The notes under the pieces were generated by a model. That model worked only from the letters and a program-made list of their open reading frames with translations, made no database searches and was not told where the DNA came from. Shown in pieces: positions 26,662-36,231 of a DNA stretch of 64,000 bases (its first letter is position 1; each line of letters opens with the position of its first letter). This DNA is from an uncultured Candidatus Saccharibacteria bacterium (GTDB taxonomy: Bacteria > Patescibacteriota > Minisyncoccia > Phycocordibacterales > UBA9973): NCBI GenBank assembly GCA_964500465.1, contig CAZCNB010000004.1, positions 1,160 through 65,159 on the forward strand. The letters are read 5' to 3'. Both the position numbers and the translations under genes were made by a program.

Positions 26662-27573
26662 ATGGCAAACAGGCACCTTTCACGTTCAATCGTTCTACAA
26701 ACACTCTTTGAGTGGGATTTTGGTGCACAAAAAGATGTAACTCCAGAGGAAATGTTAAGTCACAATATAGAAGAATTCGGTCCAGGACTTGATGATTCTT
26801 CTTTTATGAGCGAAGTTTTCCTAGGTGTTGTAAAGAAGAAAAATATTATTGATGAGATAATCGAAAAGGCTGCTCCAGATTGGCCAATAGAAAAAATCTC
26901 CGTTGTCGATAGAAATATCCTTAGATTGGGATTGTATGAATTACTTTTTGGTGATCGGACTCAAGTTCCACCAAAAGTGGCTATAAATGAATCTATTGAG
27001 CTTGCTAAGAGTTTTGGTGGAGAGAATTCTAGTAAATTTATAAATGGAGTTCTAGGTGGTGTTTATAAAGAACTTGGAGAACCAGGTAAAGACGATGTTG
27101 GTAAACCAAAAATTAAAATAAAAAATCAAGAAACAGATCCTAGTAAATTCCCAATAGAAAAAAAAGCTGGCGCAGTAATATTTTCAAAAAATAATGGACA
27201 GATATACTTTGCTTTTGTTCATGATGTGTTTGGATATTGGACATTATCTAAAGGCGGAGTGGAAGATAATGAAGATGTTGAAGCAGGAGCAATCAGAGAG
27301 ATAAAAGAAGAGTTGGGAATTGATATTAAGATAAAAGAAATGCTTGGTCAAAACGAATATGTTGCTACTCATCCTGAAAAAGGAAAGATTAGAAAACAAG
27401 TAACTTTTTTCTTAGCTGAAGCAGATTATGGAGATATTGAATTAAAAAATACATCAGGTGGACTTGATAACGCTAAATGGTTTCCGATTGAAGAGATTAC
27501 AAGTCTTAAAATGTATGACAATATGATCCCGCTTCTTACAAAGGCAATTGAAATACTAACTAAGGCAGAATAA
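26662..27573 (+). CDS. nusB: Transcription antitermination factor NusB fused to a C-terminal NUDIX hydrolase
   Basis: 'RHLSR..LQTLFE', 'DRNILRLG.YEL', 'VAINESIELAK.FG', 'FINGVL'; Nudix box GGVEDNEDVEAGAIREIKEELGI. Confidence 0.92.
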   Translation: MANRHLSRSIVLQTLFEWDFGAQKDVTPEEMLSHNIEEFGPGLDDSSFMSEVFLGVVKKKNIIDEIIEKAAPDWPIEKISVVDRNILRLGLYELLFGDRTQVPPKVAINESIELAKSFGGENSSKFINGVLGGVYKELGEPGKDDVGKPKIKIKNQETDPSKFPIEKKAGAVIFSKNNGQIYFAFVHDVFGYWTLSKGGVEDNEDVEAGAIREIKEELGIDIKIKEMLGQNEYVATHPEKGKIRKQVTFFLAEADYGDIELKNTSGGLDNAKWFPIEEITSLKMYDNMIPLLTKAIEILTKAE

Positions 27574-27577
27574 CATT

Positions 27578-28273
27578 ATGGTTGATTTATCAAAATTTGA
27601 AGAGAAGACCAAGATAATTTTTAAAGACAAAAAGCTTCTAGAACAAGCGTTTATTCACCGTTCATATATAAATGAAAATACAGGACTTAAACTTTCACAC
27701 AATGAACGTTTGGAATTTTTAGGAGATGCTGTACTTGAACTTATTGTAACTGATCACTTGTACAACAAGTATCCTGATCGTGATGAAGGTGAACTTACGG
27801 CTTATAGGTCAGCGTTGGTAAATGCAGTTATTATAGGAGAGGTTGCACAAGATCTTGGTATGAATGATTACTTACTTCTTTCTAAAGGTGAAGCAAAAGA
27901 TGTTGGAAGAGCTCGAAGTTATATACTTGCAAATACTTATGAAGCATATGTTGGAGCAGTTTATATTGATCAGGGTTATGAAAAAGCACTTGAATTTATT
28001 TCGAAAACACTATTTGGGAAAATAGATATAATAGTTTCTAAAAAACTTTGGCGAGATGCAAAAAGCTTAGTCCAAGAAAAGGCCCAGGAATATCTAAGTA
28101 TTACTCCATCATATCGTGTAATAAGTGAGTCAGGACCAGATCATGACAAACATTTTACAGTTGGAATATATTTAGGAGAAGAAAATATTGCTCAAGGTAA
28201 GGGTAAATCAAAACAAGAAGCTGAGCAGGCTGCAGCGCGTGCTGCATTAGAAGCTAAGGAATGGCTTGATTAG
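27578..28273 (+). CDS. rnc: Ribonuclease III
   Basis: 'NERLEFLGDAVL' signature; dsRBD 'GPDHDK.F...G.GKSKQEAEQ.AA'. Confidence 0.97.
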   Translation: MVDLSKFEEKTKIIFKDKKLLEQAFIHRSYINENTGLKLSHNERLEFLGDAVLELIVTDHLYNKYPDRDEGELTAYRSALVNAVIIGEVAQDLGMNDYLLLSKGEAKDVGRARSYILANTYEAYVGAVYIDQGYEKALEFISKTLFGKIDIIVSKKLWRDAKSLVQEKAQEYLSITPSYRVISESGPDHDKHFTVGIYLGEENIAQGKGKSKQEAEQAAARAALEAKEWLD

Positions 28274-28277
28274 TTAT

Positions 28278-30521
28278 ATGACACTTAAATCTATAGAGCT
28301 TATAGGTTTTAAATCATTTGGACGTAAAAGCGCTGTGTCGTTTACTACACCCATAACCGCTGTGGTTGGTCCCAACGGGTCTGGTAAATCTAATATAGTA
28401 GAATCTATAAGATTTGTACTGGGTGAGCAATCTATGAAGTCTCTTCGTGGTAAAGGAGGAGCTGATTTGATATTTAAAGGTTCTAAGGGTTTATCTTCGG
28501 GGAACCATGCCAAAGTTACAATAATTTTCGATAATAGTAAAAAGATATTTTCTTTTTCTAATAGTGGATTAGGTGTTCCATTAGATTACGATGAAGTATC
28601 TATTTCTCGAGAGGTATTTACTGACGGGGTAAATAAATATAGCATTAATGATACTGAGGTTAGACTCAAAGATATAATAGACTTACTTGCTTCAGTTAAT
28701 ATTGGAAGCTCAGGACACCATATAATTTCTCAAGGTGAAGCTGATAGAGTGCTTAATGCATCAAATAAAGATCGTCGAGCAATGATAGAAGATGCTCTAG
28801 GTCTTAAAGTTTATCAATACAGAATTCGCGAATCGGAAAGAAAACTTGAAAAAACAATTATAAATATGAAAGAAGTTCAAGCTTCAAGACGTGAACTTGC
28901 ACCTCATTTAGCATTCTTAAAAAAACAAGTTCAAGTTATAGAAAAAGCTCGTGAGATGCGTGAAGACTTAAAACACCTCTACAAAAACTATTTTTCTGTT
29001 GAAAATTCTTATATAAAATTAGAGTCAAAGAGATTGAAAGATTTAAGACACTTTCTTGAAAAAGAAATTCAATCTATTGAATTAAGTATCTCAAATCTTA
29101 AAAAAGATAAAAATGAAAATAGTGTCGAAAATGAACATTCAAAACAGATAAGAGAAGAAGAATCTAAGTTAGTTAATTTGCGTAGTAGTAAAGATGAATT
29201 AACTAGAAAACTTGGGAGAATAGAAGGTGTTATTGAAGGAATTGAAAGGGAGATAAAGAGAGTAGAAGAAAAGGAAGAGCGGGTAGTTGATATAAAAGAA
29301 TGGCAATCAATAGTTGATCATATTAGTGATCGCATTGATCAAGCATTACAATTAGAAGATTTATCTCAAATAACAGATATTCTGAAAGATCTAAAAAGTA
29401 AGATAAAAAGTATAAATAGTATAGGTAAAGAGAATAAAATTGACGAGAAAATAGAAAAAGAATACCTAGAAATGAAAACAATTAAAGATTCTATTCTTTC
29501 GGATCTGGAAAAAATAACAAACCAGGAAAAATCTGTACTATCTGTTATTTCTGATTTACGTGAAAAAGAGAAAGAAATTGAGCTTTCACTTCGTGAAAAC
29601 GAAAGAGTATTTTATGAATTACTTGGTCACAAAAATGAAATTAATTCACAAATTCATTCTTTGACTTTTGAAGAGGAGAAACTTGCTATGGTTCAAAGTG
29701 CTTTCCACATGGAATTTGATGAAGCAAAAGTTCTCATTGGTCATGAAGTTTCTGATTATCTAAATATTGAAGTTGAGATTGAAGTAGGTCGTTCCACCCA
29801 AGAAGAACTTAGAAGAAAAATAGAGCGTATAAAGATAAAACTAGAAGATATTGGTTCAGGTAGTGGTGTTGACGTAATGAAAGAATATCAAGAAACTGAA
29901 GAGAGAGATCAATTCTTGGCTAGAGAAATTGTAGATTTAACTAAAGGAGTAGAGGACTGCAGGTTGCTTATCGCTGAATTAAAAGAAACTTTAGATACTG
30001 AATTTAAACATGGAGTTGAGAAAATAAATAAACAATTCCAAGATTTCTTTGCTTTAATGTTTGGCGGAGGATCAGCCTTTCTTTCTGTGGTTATGGAACA
30101 TAAAAAATCAAAAGTTCGTGATGAGGAAGAGGAAGAAAATGATGATGAAGAAGAATTAGGTTTTGAAAGAGGGATAGAAATAAATGTAACTCTACCTCAC
30201 AAAAAAGTTAAAGATTTGCACATGCTATCTGGTGGGGAAAGATCACTTACATCTATTGCACTCCTTTTCGCTATTTCTCAAGTTAACCCACCTCCATTTT
30301 TGGTTTTAGATGAAACAGATGCAGCTCTTGATGAAGCAAACTCTAGAAAATACGGAAATATGTTAGAGAATCTTTCTAAATACTCTCAACTAGTAGTTGT
30401 TACACATAACCGTGAGACAATGTCCAGAGCTCAAGTCTTGTTTGGAGTAACAATGGACTCATCAGGTGCTTCTAAACTTCTTTCAATCCACCTAGAAGAT
30501 GCAAGTGCATATGCAAAATAA
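28278..30521 (+). CDS. smc: Short SMC-family ATPase (about 747 aa)
   Basis: 'GFKSF', Walker A GPNGSGKSN, 'LSGGE', Walker B 'LVLDETDAALD'; directly after rnc. Confidence 0.85.
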   Translation: MTLKSIELIGFKSFGRKSAVSFTTPITAVVGPNGSGKSNIVESIRFVLGEQSMKSLRGKGGADLIFKGSKGLSSGNHAKVTIIFDNSKKIFSFSNSGLGVPLDYDEVSISREVFTDGVNKYSINDTEVRLKDIIDLLASVNIGSSGHHIISQGEADRVLNASNKDRRAMIEDALGLKVYQYRIRESERKLEKTIINMKEVQASRRELAPHLAFLKKQVQVIEKAREMREDLKHLYKNYFSVENSYIKLESKRLKDLRHFLEKEIQSIELSISNLKKDKNENSVENEHSKQIREEESKLVNLRSSKDELTRKLGRIEGVIEGIEREIKRVEEKEERVVDIKEWQSIVDHISDRIDQALQLEDLSQITDILKDLKSKIKSINSIGKENKIDEKIEKEYLEMKTIKDSILSDLEKITNQEKSVLSVISDLREKEKEIELSLRENERVFYELLGHKNEINSQIHSLTFEEEKLAMVQSAFHMEFDEAKVLIGHEVSDYLNIEVEIEVGRSTQEELRRKIERIKIKLEDIGSGSGVDVMKEYQETEERDQFLAREIVDLTKGVEDCRLLIAELKETLDTEFKHGVEKINKQFQDFFALMFGGGSAFLSVVMEHKKSKVRDEEEEENDDEEELGFERGIEINVTLPHKKVKDLHMLSGGERSLTSIALLFAISQVNPPPFLVLDETDAALDEANSRKYGNMLENLSKYSQLVVVTHNRETMSRAQVLFGVTMDSSGASKLLSIHLEDASAYAK

Positions 30522-30523
30522 AA

Positions 30524-31396
30524 TTACTCAGTAGTCTGGGTAATTTTATTTTGGAGAGATTCCTCCTCTAATTTTTCTTTCAAGAACTCGTTTATTGTTT
30601 GTTTTTTATTGATTATTTCTTTTGCATTATCTATACCAACATATCTATAATGCCAATCTTCGTTCATATATCCTGTTATATCTTCCTTGTTTTCCGGGTA
30701 ACTCTTAACAAAACCATAATCTTTTGCATTTTCTTCTAACCACTTGTCTTCTACACTATCTTTAAACTTTGTGGTTGCAGACACGTTTTTTATTGAAGCC
30801 CCAGTTAAATCTATTGCAACTCCTAATTGGTGTTCTGAATGCCCAGGTTTAGCTATTAGTCTGCGAGCATTTTTATTACCTAATTTTATACTATTTTCTA
30901 GAATTAGTTTTTGCATTGAATAGCTTCTAAATCCAGATGTAACCTTTATTTCATAACCATCCTCCTTTGCTTTATTTATCATTTTTAATAATGCTTCAGC
31001 TGCGTCTTTTTTTAGGCATATGTTACTTGTAGTTATGTTTTTATCAAGCAGTATTAAATCTGATGGTACGTAGGTTTTGTCTGGAATACTTATTTTTTGT
31101 CCAACATTTAGGTATGTATAATCTTCGTATTCTTTTTTTGGAGTAGGGCAGTCTGTAATTTTCTTTTTTATTGCTATATTTTTGTTCTCTGTCGTTTCTG
31201 GTACTTTTTGTTCTAAATGAGATTTCTGAGCAATGGATTCTTTATCTGCAGTAGCTACTGATGCTTGTTGGTTTTCTATATTTATATTATTCAAGCTAAG
31301 TAATACAGGTTTTATGTAATATGTGAATATGGAAAACCCTCCAACAAATCCTATTAGTGCCAATATTATAAATAATATTATAGATTTAAATTTCAT
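30524..31396 (-). CDS. M15B (VanY-like) D,D-carboxypeptidase
   Basis: 'SGFRSY', 'PGHSEHQLGVAID', 'EDWHYRYVG'; N-terminal TM segment. Confidence 0.92.
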   Translation of the reverse strand: MKFKSIILFIILALIGFVGGFSIFTYYIKPVLLSLNNINIENQQASVATADKESIAQKSHLEQKVPETTENKNIAIKKKITDCPTPKKEYEDYTYLNVGQKISIPDKTYVPSDLILLDKNITTSNICLKKDAAEALLKMINKAKEDGYEIKVTSGFRSYSMQKLILENSIKLGNKNARRLIAKPGHSEHQLGVAIDLTGASIKNVSATTKFKDSVEDKWLEENAKDYGFVKSYPENKEDITGYMNEDWHYRYVGIDNAKEIINKKQTINEFLKEKLEEESLQNKITQTTE

Positions 31397-31398
31397 GT

Positions 31399-32109
31399 TT
31401 AATGTATTATATCAACAGGATTTGCAAAAGAATAACCCATTTCTTCTATAGTGCTAAGCAAATGGTCAAGGAATTTTACAGTCCATTGATGTCCATGCAA
31501 CAAAATTATTTCTCCATCATGTAATTTATCAGTTATATTTTTTATGAATATTTTCTCTTGCCTCGAATTTTTTTCCCAATCTAGTGCAGAACCAGACCAA
31601 TTCATAAACACCATACCTTCCTTATTTACTAAATTTTTAGCATAAGTATTTATAACTCCATAAGGTGGTCGAAAAAATTTAGGTTTCTCTCCTGTTATTT
31701 CATATATTAACCTATTATTATCAAGAATTTCTTTTTTTATCTTATCATCTTTTATATGTTTTAAATTTAAGTGACTCCATGTGTGGTTTCCTATAGTAAA
31801 ACCCTTATCATGTATCATTTTTATATTGTCTTTAAAATTTTTATTATGTACTCCATTTATAAAGAAAATAGCCTTAGCTTTATGTTTATCAAGAGTATCA
31901 ATCAAATCCTTGTCTGTCTTACCAGGTCCGTCATCTATAGTAATTAGTACAACCTTTTTATTTAGACTTTTGTCGTTAGGAATTAAATCAAAATTTTTAT
32001 CTATATAATATCCAGTCTTTTTATTATTTTCTGCATAAACAAAACCAGTAAACGAATTAGAAAATATAACTAATAGTAATATTATTTTTGTAGCATTAAG
32101 ATATTTCAT
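31399..32109 (-). CDS. Polysaccharide/peptidoglycan deacetylase (CE4, NodB domain)
   Basis: 'TIDDGP', 'GNHTWSH', 'FRPPYG', 'ILLH'. Confidence 0.92.
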   Translation of the reverse strand: MKYLNATKIILLLVIFSNSFTGFVYAENNKKTGYYIDKNFDLIPNDKSLNKKVVLITIDDGPGKTDKDLIDTLDKHKAKAIFFINGVHNKNFKDNIKMIHDKGFTIGNHTWSHLNLKHIKDDKIKKEILDNNRLIYEITGEKPKFFRPPYGVINTYAKNLVNKEGMVFMNWSGSALDWEKNSRQEKIFIKNITDKLHDGEIILLHGHQWTVKFLDHLLSTIEEMGYSFANPVDIIH

Positions 32110-34072
32110 AGTCTATTGTTTTTTTATTCCTATCAACTCCTCTTACTTTGAATTTTAGTTTATCACCCAAGGTGTATTTTCTATGAGTTTTCCTACCCCT
32201 AATACTCATGTATTTATTATCAAATTCATAATAGTCGTCCTTCAAATCTCTCATACGAACCATACCTTCACATTTAGTATTTTCTTCCTCAATGTAAAGC
32301 CCCCATTCTGTAACACCAGTTATAATACCGGTGAATGATTCTCCTATTCTGGTAGACATATATTCTACCTGCTTGTACTTTATAGAAGCACGTTCTGCTT
32401 CCGCTGCTTCCTTTTCACGGTGAGATGCTTCAGTACTCATCTCTTCATATTCAAACCAACGTTCTTTAGGTATAGTTTCATTTTTTAAGAAAGAGTTTAA
32501 GAGACGATGGACTATTATATCTGGATAACGACGAATAGGGGAAGTGAAGTGAGTATAAAATTTAAACCCAAGACCATAATGACCGATATTTTTTGTCGAA
32601 TAAATAGCTTTTGCCATTGTCCGTATTATTATACTGTGAACCGTATCACGAAGGGGATTGTGTTCAAGCTTTCCAATAAGTGCATTTATCTCTTCTGATG
32701 GTATTATTCCGTCTTTTAGTTTTACGTTATATCCTAATCTCTTTAAGAAAGTCACTAGGTCCTTCATCTTTTCTTTATTTGGTTTGTCATGAATTCTATA
32801 TAAAAATACTCCACCCTTATTTTTATTTTTTAAAGACATATATTCAGCTACTCGTCGATTTGCCAATAACATAAATTCTTCAATCATTTTATGTGTATCA
32901 CCACGCACTTTTGTATATACAGATAGCGGTACTCCATTTTTATCTAGTTTAAATTTTACTTCTTCTTGTTCTAACGATATAGCACCTTCTTTAAATCTTT
33001 TTTTAAGTAATTTTTTACCTATATTGTTTAATATTGATAATTCTTGAAAAAACTGACCGTGACCATCATCTAATACTCTTTGAGCATTTTCATAGGTAAA
33101 ACGCTTATCTGAATGTATTACTGTTCTACCAAACCATTCACTATGAATTTTTCCATGGATGTCTATTTCGAAAATAGCTGAAAATGTAAGCCTGTCAACA
33201 TTAGGGTTGAGACTACAAAGTTCATTAGAAAGTTCTTCTGGAAGCATTGGAATAGTCCTATCAACTAAATATACAGACGTCCCTCGTCTACGCGCTTCTT
33301 TATCTAAAGCAGAATTATTTCTAACATAATATGAAACATCAGCTATATGTATTCCAATTTCAAAGTTTCCATTTTTCAATTTTTTAAAAGATAAAGCATC
33401 ATCAAAATCTTTTGCATCTTCTGGGTCAATAGTAAAAGTAGTGGTTGTTCTCATATCTTTTCTACCCTTTAGATCTTTCTCTGTTATGCCATCATTTGCG
33501 ATTTTTTTTGCTTCCAAATCCACGCTTTTCGGAAATATTGCATCAAATCCTTTCTCTAGTGCAATTGCTTCCATTTCAGCATTGTGTTCCATTGGTTCAC
33601 CTAAAACTTTGCTCACTTCACCAATAGGTGCTCTCTTAGCATCTTTCCAGTCTGTAATAACTACGAAAACTTTCTGGCCTAATTTTGCTCCATTTAATTT
33701 GTTTTCTGGAATTACAATATCAGCATACATTTTCAGATCACTTGGTATTAAAAAATAGGTATCGTGTTCACGCTCAAGTATTCCTGAAAAACCAATTTTA
33801 GATCTTCTTATGACTTTGACTACTTCTCCTGTTTGATCACCATCTCTTTTTTTAGGATGTAGTATTACTTGTACAGTGTCGCCTTGGCATGCTGTTCTTA
33901 GAAAATTGTGGTCTATTTCTATTGTGTCATTAGTATGAGGTATTCTAACTGTACCTACACCTTTATGTGATATATGCATTATCCCTTCAATAGGCCCGTT
34001 TACGTGACCATTTCTTACTACTTTTTTCTTTGTAGATTTTGAGAATTTCTTCCATTTTCGGTCCTTTTTCAT
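32096..34072 (-). CDS. rnr: Ribonuclease R
   Basis: 'TIDPEDAKDFDDA', 'HIADVS', 'HFTSPIRRYPD', C-terminal S1 domain. Confidence 0.95.
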   Translation of the reverse strand: MKKDRKWKKFSKSTKKKVVRNGHVNGPIEGIMHISHKGVGTVRIPHTNDTIEIDHNFLRTACQGDTVQVILHPKKRDGDQTGEVVKVIRRSKIGFSGILEREHDTYFLIPSDLKMYADIVIPENKLNGAKLGQKVFVVITDWKDAKRAPIGEVSKVLGEPMEHNAEMEAIALEKGFDAIFPKSVDLEAKKIANDGITEKDLKGRKDMRTTTTFTIDPEDAKDFDDALSFKKLKNGNFEIGIHIADVSYYVRNNSALDKEARRRGTSVYLVDRTIPMLPEELSNELCSLNPNVDRLTFSAIFEIDIHGKIHSEWFGRTVIHSDKRFTYENAQRVLDDGHGQFFQELSILNNIGKKLLKKRFKEGAISLEQEEVKFKLDKNGVPLSVYTKVRGDTHKMIEEFMLLANRRVAEYMSLKNKNKGGVFLYRIHDKPNKEKMKDLVTFLKRLGYNVKLKDGIIPSEEINALIGKLEHNPLRDTVHSIIIRTMAKAIYSTKNIGHYGLGFKFYTHFTSPIRRYPDIIVHRLLNSFLKNETIPKERWFEYEEMSTEASHREKEAAEAERASIKYKQVEYMSTRIGESFTGIITGVTEWGLYIEEENTKCEGMVRMRDLKDDYYEFDNKYMSIRGRKTHRKYTLGDKLKFKVRGVDRNKKTIDYEIS

Positions 34073-34100
34073 ATAGATAGTATATCATAGAGATTCGGGC

Positions 34101-34129
34101 TTGATTCATATAATCCTTTATGGTAGGAT
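34101..34129 (+). promoter_or_regulatory. Promoter TTGATT-17-(TGg)TAGGAT, 6 nt before the rpsP ATG
   Basis: Direct motif reading. Confidence 0.55.
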
Positions 34130-34135
34130 ACGCTC

Positions 34136-34441
34136 ATGCTAAAAATAAGATTACAAAGAGTTGGACGTAAGAATGATGCATCTTTTCGCGTTGTTTTGAC
34201 TGATTCTAAGAACTCAGCTAAGAGTGGAAAATTTAAAGAAATTCTCGGATCATATAACCTTAAGACAGGGGAAGTATTGTTTAAAAATGACCGCATCTCT
34301 TATTGGATGAAAAATGGTGCCCAGACTTCAGATACTGTTTATAATTTCCTCGTTCAAAAGAAAATAATTGAAGGAAAGAAGAAAAACGTACTATCTAAAA
34401 AAGCTCCAACAAAAGCTCGTAAAGAACTAAAGAAAGCCTAA
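34136..34441 (+). CDS. rpsP: 30S ribosomal protein S16
   Basis: 'MLKIRLQRVGRK...FRVV..DS...E.LGSYN...W..NGAQ.SDTV'. Confidence 0.95.
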   Translation: MLKIRLQRVGRKNDASFRVVLTDSKNSAKSGKFKEILGSYNLKTGEVLFKNDRISYWMKNGAQTSDTVYNFLVQKKIIEGKKKNVLSKKAPTKARKELKKA

Positions 34442-34470
34442 TAAAATCACCCAAAACTGGGTGATTTTAT
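34441..34470 (+). terminator. Intrinsic terminator after rpsP
   Basis: ATAAAATCACCCA-aaac-TGGGTGATTTTAT. Confidence 0.8.
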
Positions 34471-34572
34471 TTAATATTGCAAGTAAAAACTATGCTATGT
34501 TATAATTGTTCCTAAGCAGGTTGTAGTCGATACACTGCAAGATTTTAAGAATAATACGATAAGACTATTTAT

Positions 34573-34905
34573 ATGGCAGATGATAAAGCGTTTCTTGAAT
34601 ATATTGTAAAAGCATTGGTTGATCACCCACAAGATGTTGTGATTGATAGAACAGTCGATGAAATGGGAGTTCTAATTACAATGACAGTTAATAGTGCAGA
34701 TATGGGTAAAATCATAGGTCGTCAGGGTAATACTGCAAAGGCAATACGAACACTACTCCGAGTGATTGGAATGAAGAATAACGCTCGCGTAAACCTAAAA
34801 ATTAACGAACCAGAAGGTAGTACTCACCAAGCACCTGTGCAACAATCAGCAAGTGAAGCTTCAAAGTCCGTTGATTCAGCGTTGGAAGATTTGAAGGGAA
34901 TTTAA
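34573..34905 (+). CDS. khpA: KH-domain RNA-binding protein KhpA
   Basis: 'IVKALVDHP', 'DMGKIIGRQGNTAKAIRTLL'; follows rpsP. Confidence 0.9.
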   Translation: MADDKAFLEYIVKALVDHPQDVVIDRTVDEMGVLITMTVNSADMGKIIGRQGNTAKAIRTLLRVIGMKNNARVNLKINEPEGSTHQAPVQQSASEASKSVDSALEDLKGI

Positions 34906-34921
34906 TTAAAAATAAAAAGAC

Positions 34922-34949
34922 CCGCCGGTTACCCCGGCGGTTTTTTTTT
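34922..34949 (+). terminator. Intrinsic terminator after khpA (A-rich run on the other side, probably bidirectional)
   Basis: CCGCCGG-ttaccc-CCGGCGG-type GC stem followed by T9. Confidence 0.85.
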
Positions 34950-34958
34950 GATGTATTC

Positions 34959-35288
34959 TCATCCGTAGTTTATTGCCCACTCCATCCACTGATCAAAGTT
35001 AACAACTACAGATGTCATATTTATTTTTTTCTCTTTGACTATTTTGCAAAAGAATTTAATCCATCCCTGCTGCACTTCCATCTGGTCTTGGTATGGGAGT
35101 ATCCTTACTTTTTCGTAAACTCCTTTTAAATAATTACCTATGTAGTTTATTAAAGTCTGCGTGTCCCTTTTTAACAACTCGTTTGCAAAGATAGAATTTT
35201 CATAGATATTTTGGTTTCCGTATATAAATTGCTTATGGAGTTCCTCTATCAGAGAAACAACATCCATTTTTTTTAGATTTTTTACCAT
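34959..35288 (-). CDS. Hypothetical protein (109 aa)
   Basis: ORF fills the gap between khpA and trmD; upstream TTGACA-16-TATAGT on the minus strand. Confidence 0.55.
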   Translation of the reverse strand: MVKNLKKMDVVSLIEELHKQFIYGNQNIYENSIFANELLKRDTQTLINYIGNYLKGVYEKVRILPYQDQMEVQQGWIKFFCKIVKEKKINMTSVVVNFDQWMEWAINYG

Positions 35289-35363
35289 ATCCTAGAGTAT
35301 TTTCATAACTATACATCTACACCAAAAACTGTCAATCTGTCGATTTTATGTTATATTTACCCT

Positions 35364-36053
35364 ATGAATTTCCACCTAATTACTTTATTCCCAGAAATGT
35401 TTGACTCATATTTAAAAGAGTCTATTTTAGGACGAGCAATAAAGCAAAAAAAGATAAAAATATCGTTTATAAATCCACGCATGTATGTCGGTGGTAAATA
35501 CAAAAAAGTTTGGCCAGATGGAAATGTATCAAGACAAATTGACGAACGACCATATGGAGGAGGGCCTGGCATGGTTATGATGGCAGAACCTATAATAAAA
35601 GCTGTTGAGTCAGTTACTAAAAAATTGTCTAAGAAAAAAAACTCAAAAATTCTAATAGTAAACTTCATTCCTTCTGCATCAAAATTTACAACCAAAAACG
35701 CGAAAAATATTTCTAAAAAATATACAGATGTCATAATGATATGTGGCAGATATGAGGGGATAGATGCTAGGGTAGATAAAATACTAAAGACAAAAAAATT
35801 TTCTATAGGAGATTATGTTCTAACAGGAGGAGAAATTCCTGCTATGGTTTTGATTGATTCTATCTCTCGTCAGATAAAGGGAGTTCTTGGTAATTTTGAT
35901 TCTCGTGAAGAGGAGAGGGTTTCTAGTAGTGAAGTTTATACAAGACCGGAAATACTAAAATATAAAGGTAAGATATATAAGGTACCCAAAGTCCTACTTT
36001 CAGGAAATCATCAAAGCATAGAAACTTGGAAGTCTAGAAAGTTTGACAAATAG
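35364..36053 (+). CDS. trmD: tRNA (guanine-N1)-methyltransferase
   Basis: 'ITLFPEMF', 'PYGGGPGMVM', 'CGRYEGID.R', 'SIGDYVLTGGE'. Confidence 0.96.
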   Translation: MNFHLITLFPEMFDSYLKESILGRAIKQKKIKISFINPRMYVGGKYKKVWPDGNVSRQIDERPYGGGPGMVMMAEPIIKAVESVTKKLSKKKNSKILIVNFIPSASKFTTKNAKNISKKYTDVIMICGRYEGIDARVDKILKTKKFSIGDYVLTGGEIPAMVLIDSISRQIKGVLGNFDSREEERVSSSEVYTRPEILKYKGKIYKVPKVLLSGNHQSIETWKSRKFDK

Positions 36054-36231
36054 CTATAAAAAGTATAGTATACCATCCAGATTGAATTAGATTGAGTTAT
36101 GGCAGAATCAATCATATTTATAAGCCTTTAGGCACTAATTGTGTTAAAACAAAATAACTGCCAAAATCAATAACTTACAACAATAAGGTTTGGTCACCTT
36201 AGTGTTTTTCTTTTGTTAAAAATTTCAATAT

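Noticed and set aside
30524-31396. Vancomycin-resistance locus (VanY-like gene plus a ddl)
   Set aside because: No vanH/vanX/vanRS; ddl is 32 kb away; M15B peptidases are common wall enzymes.
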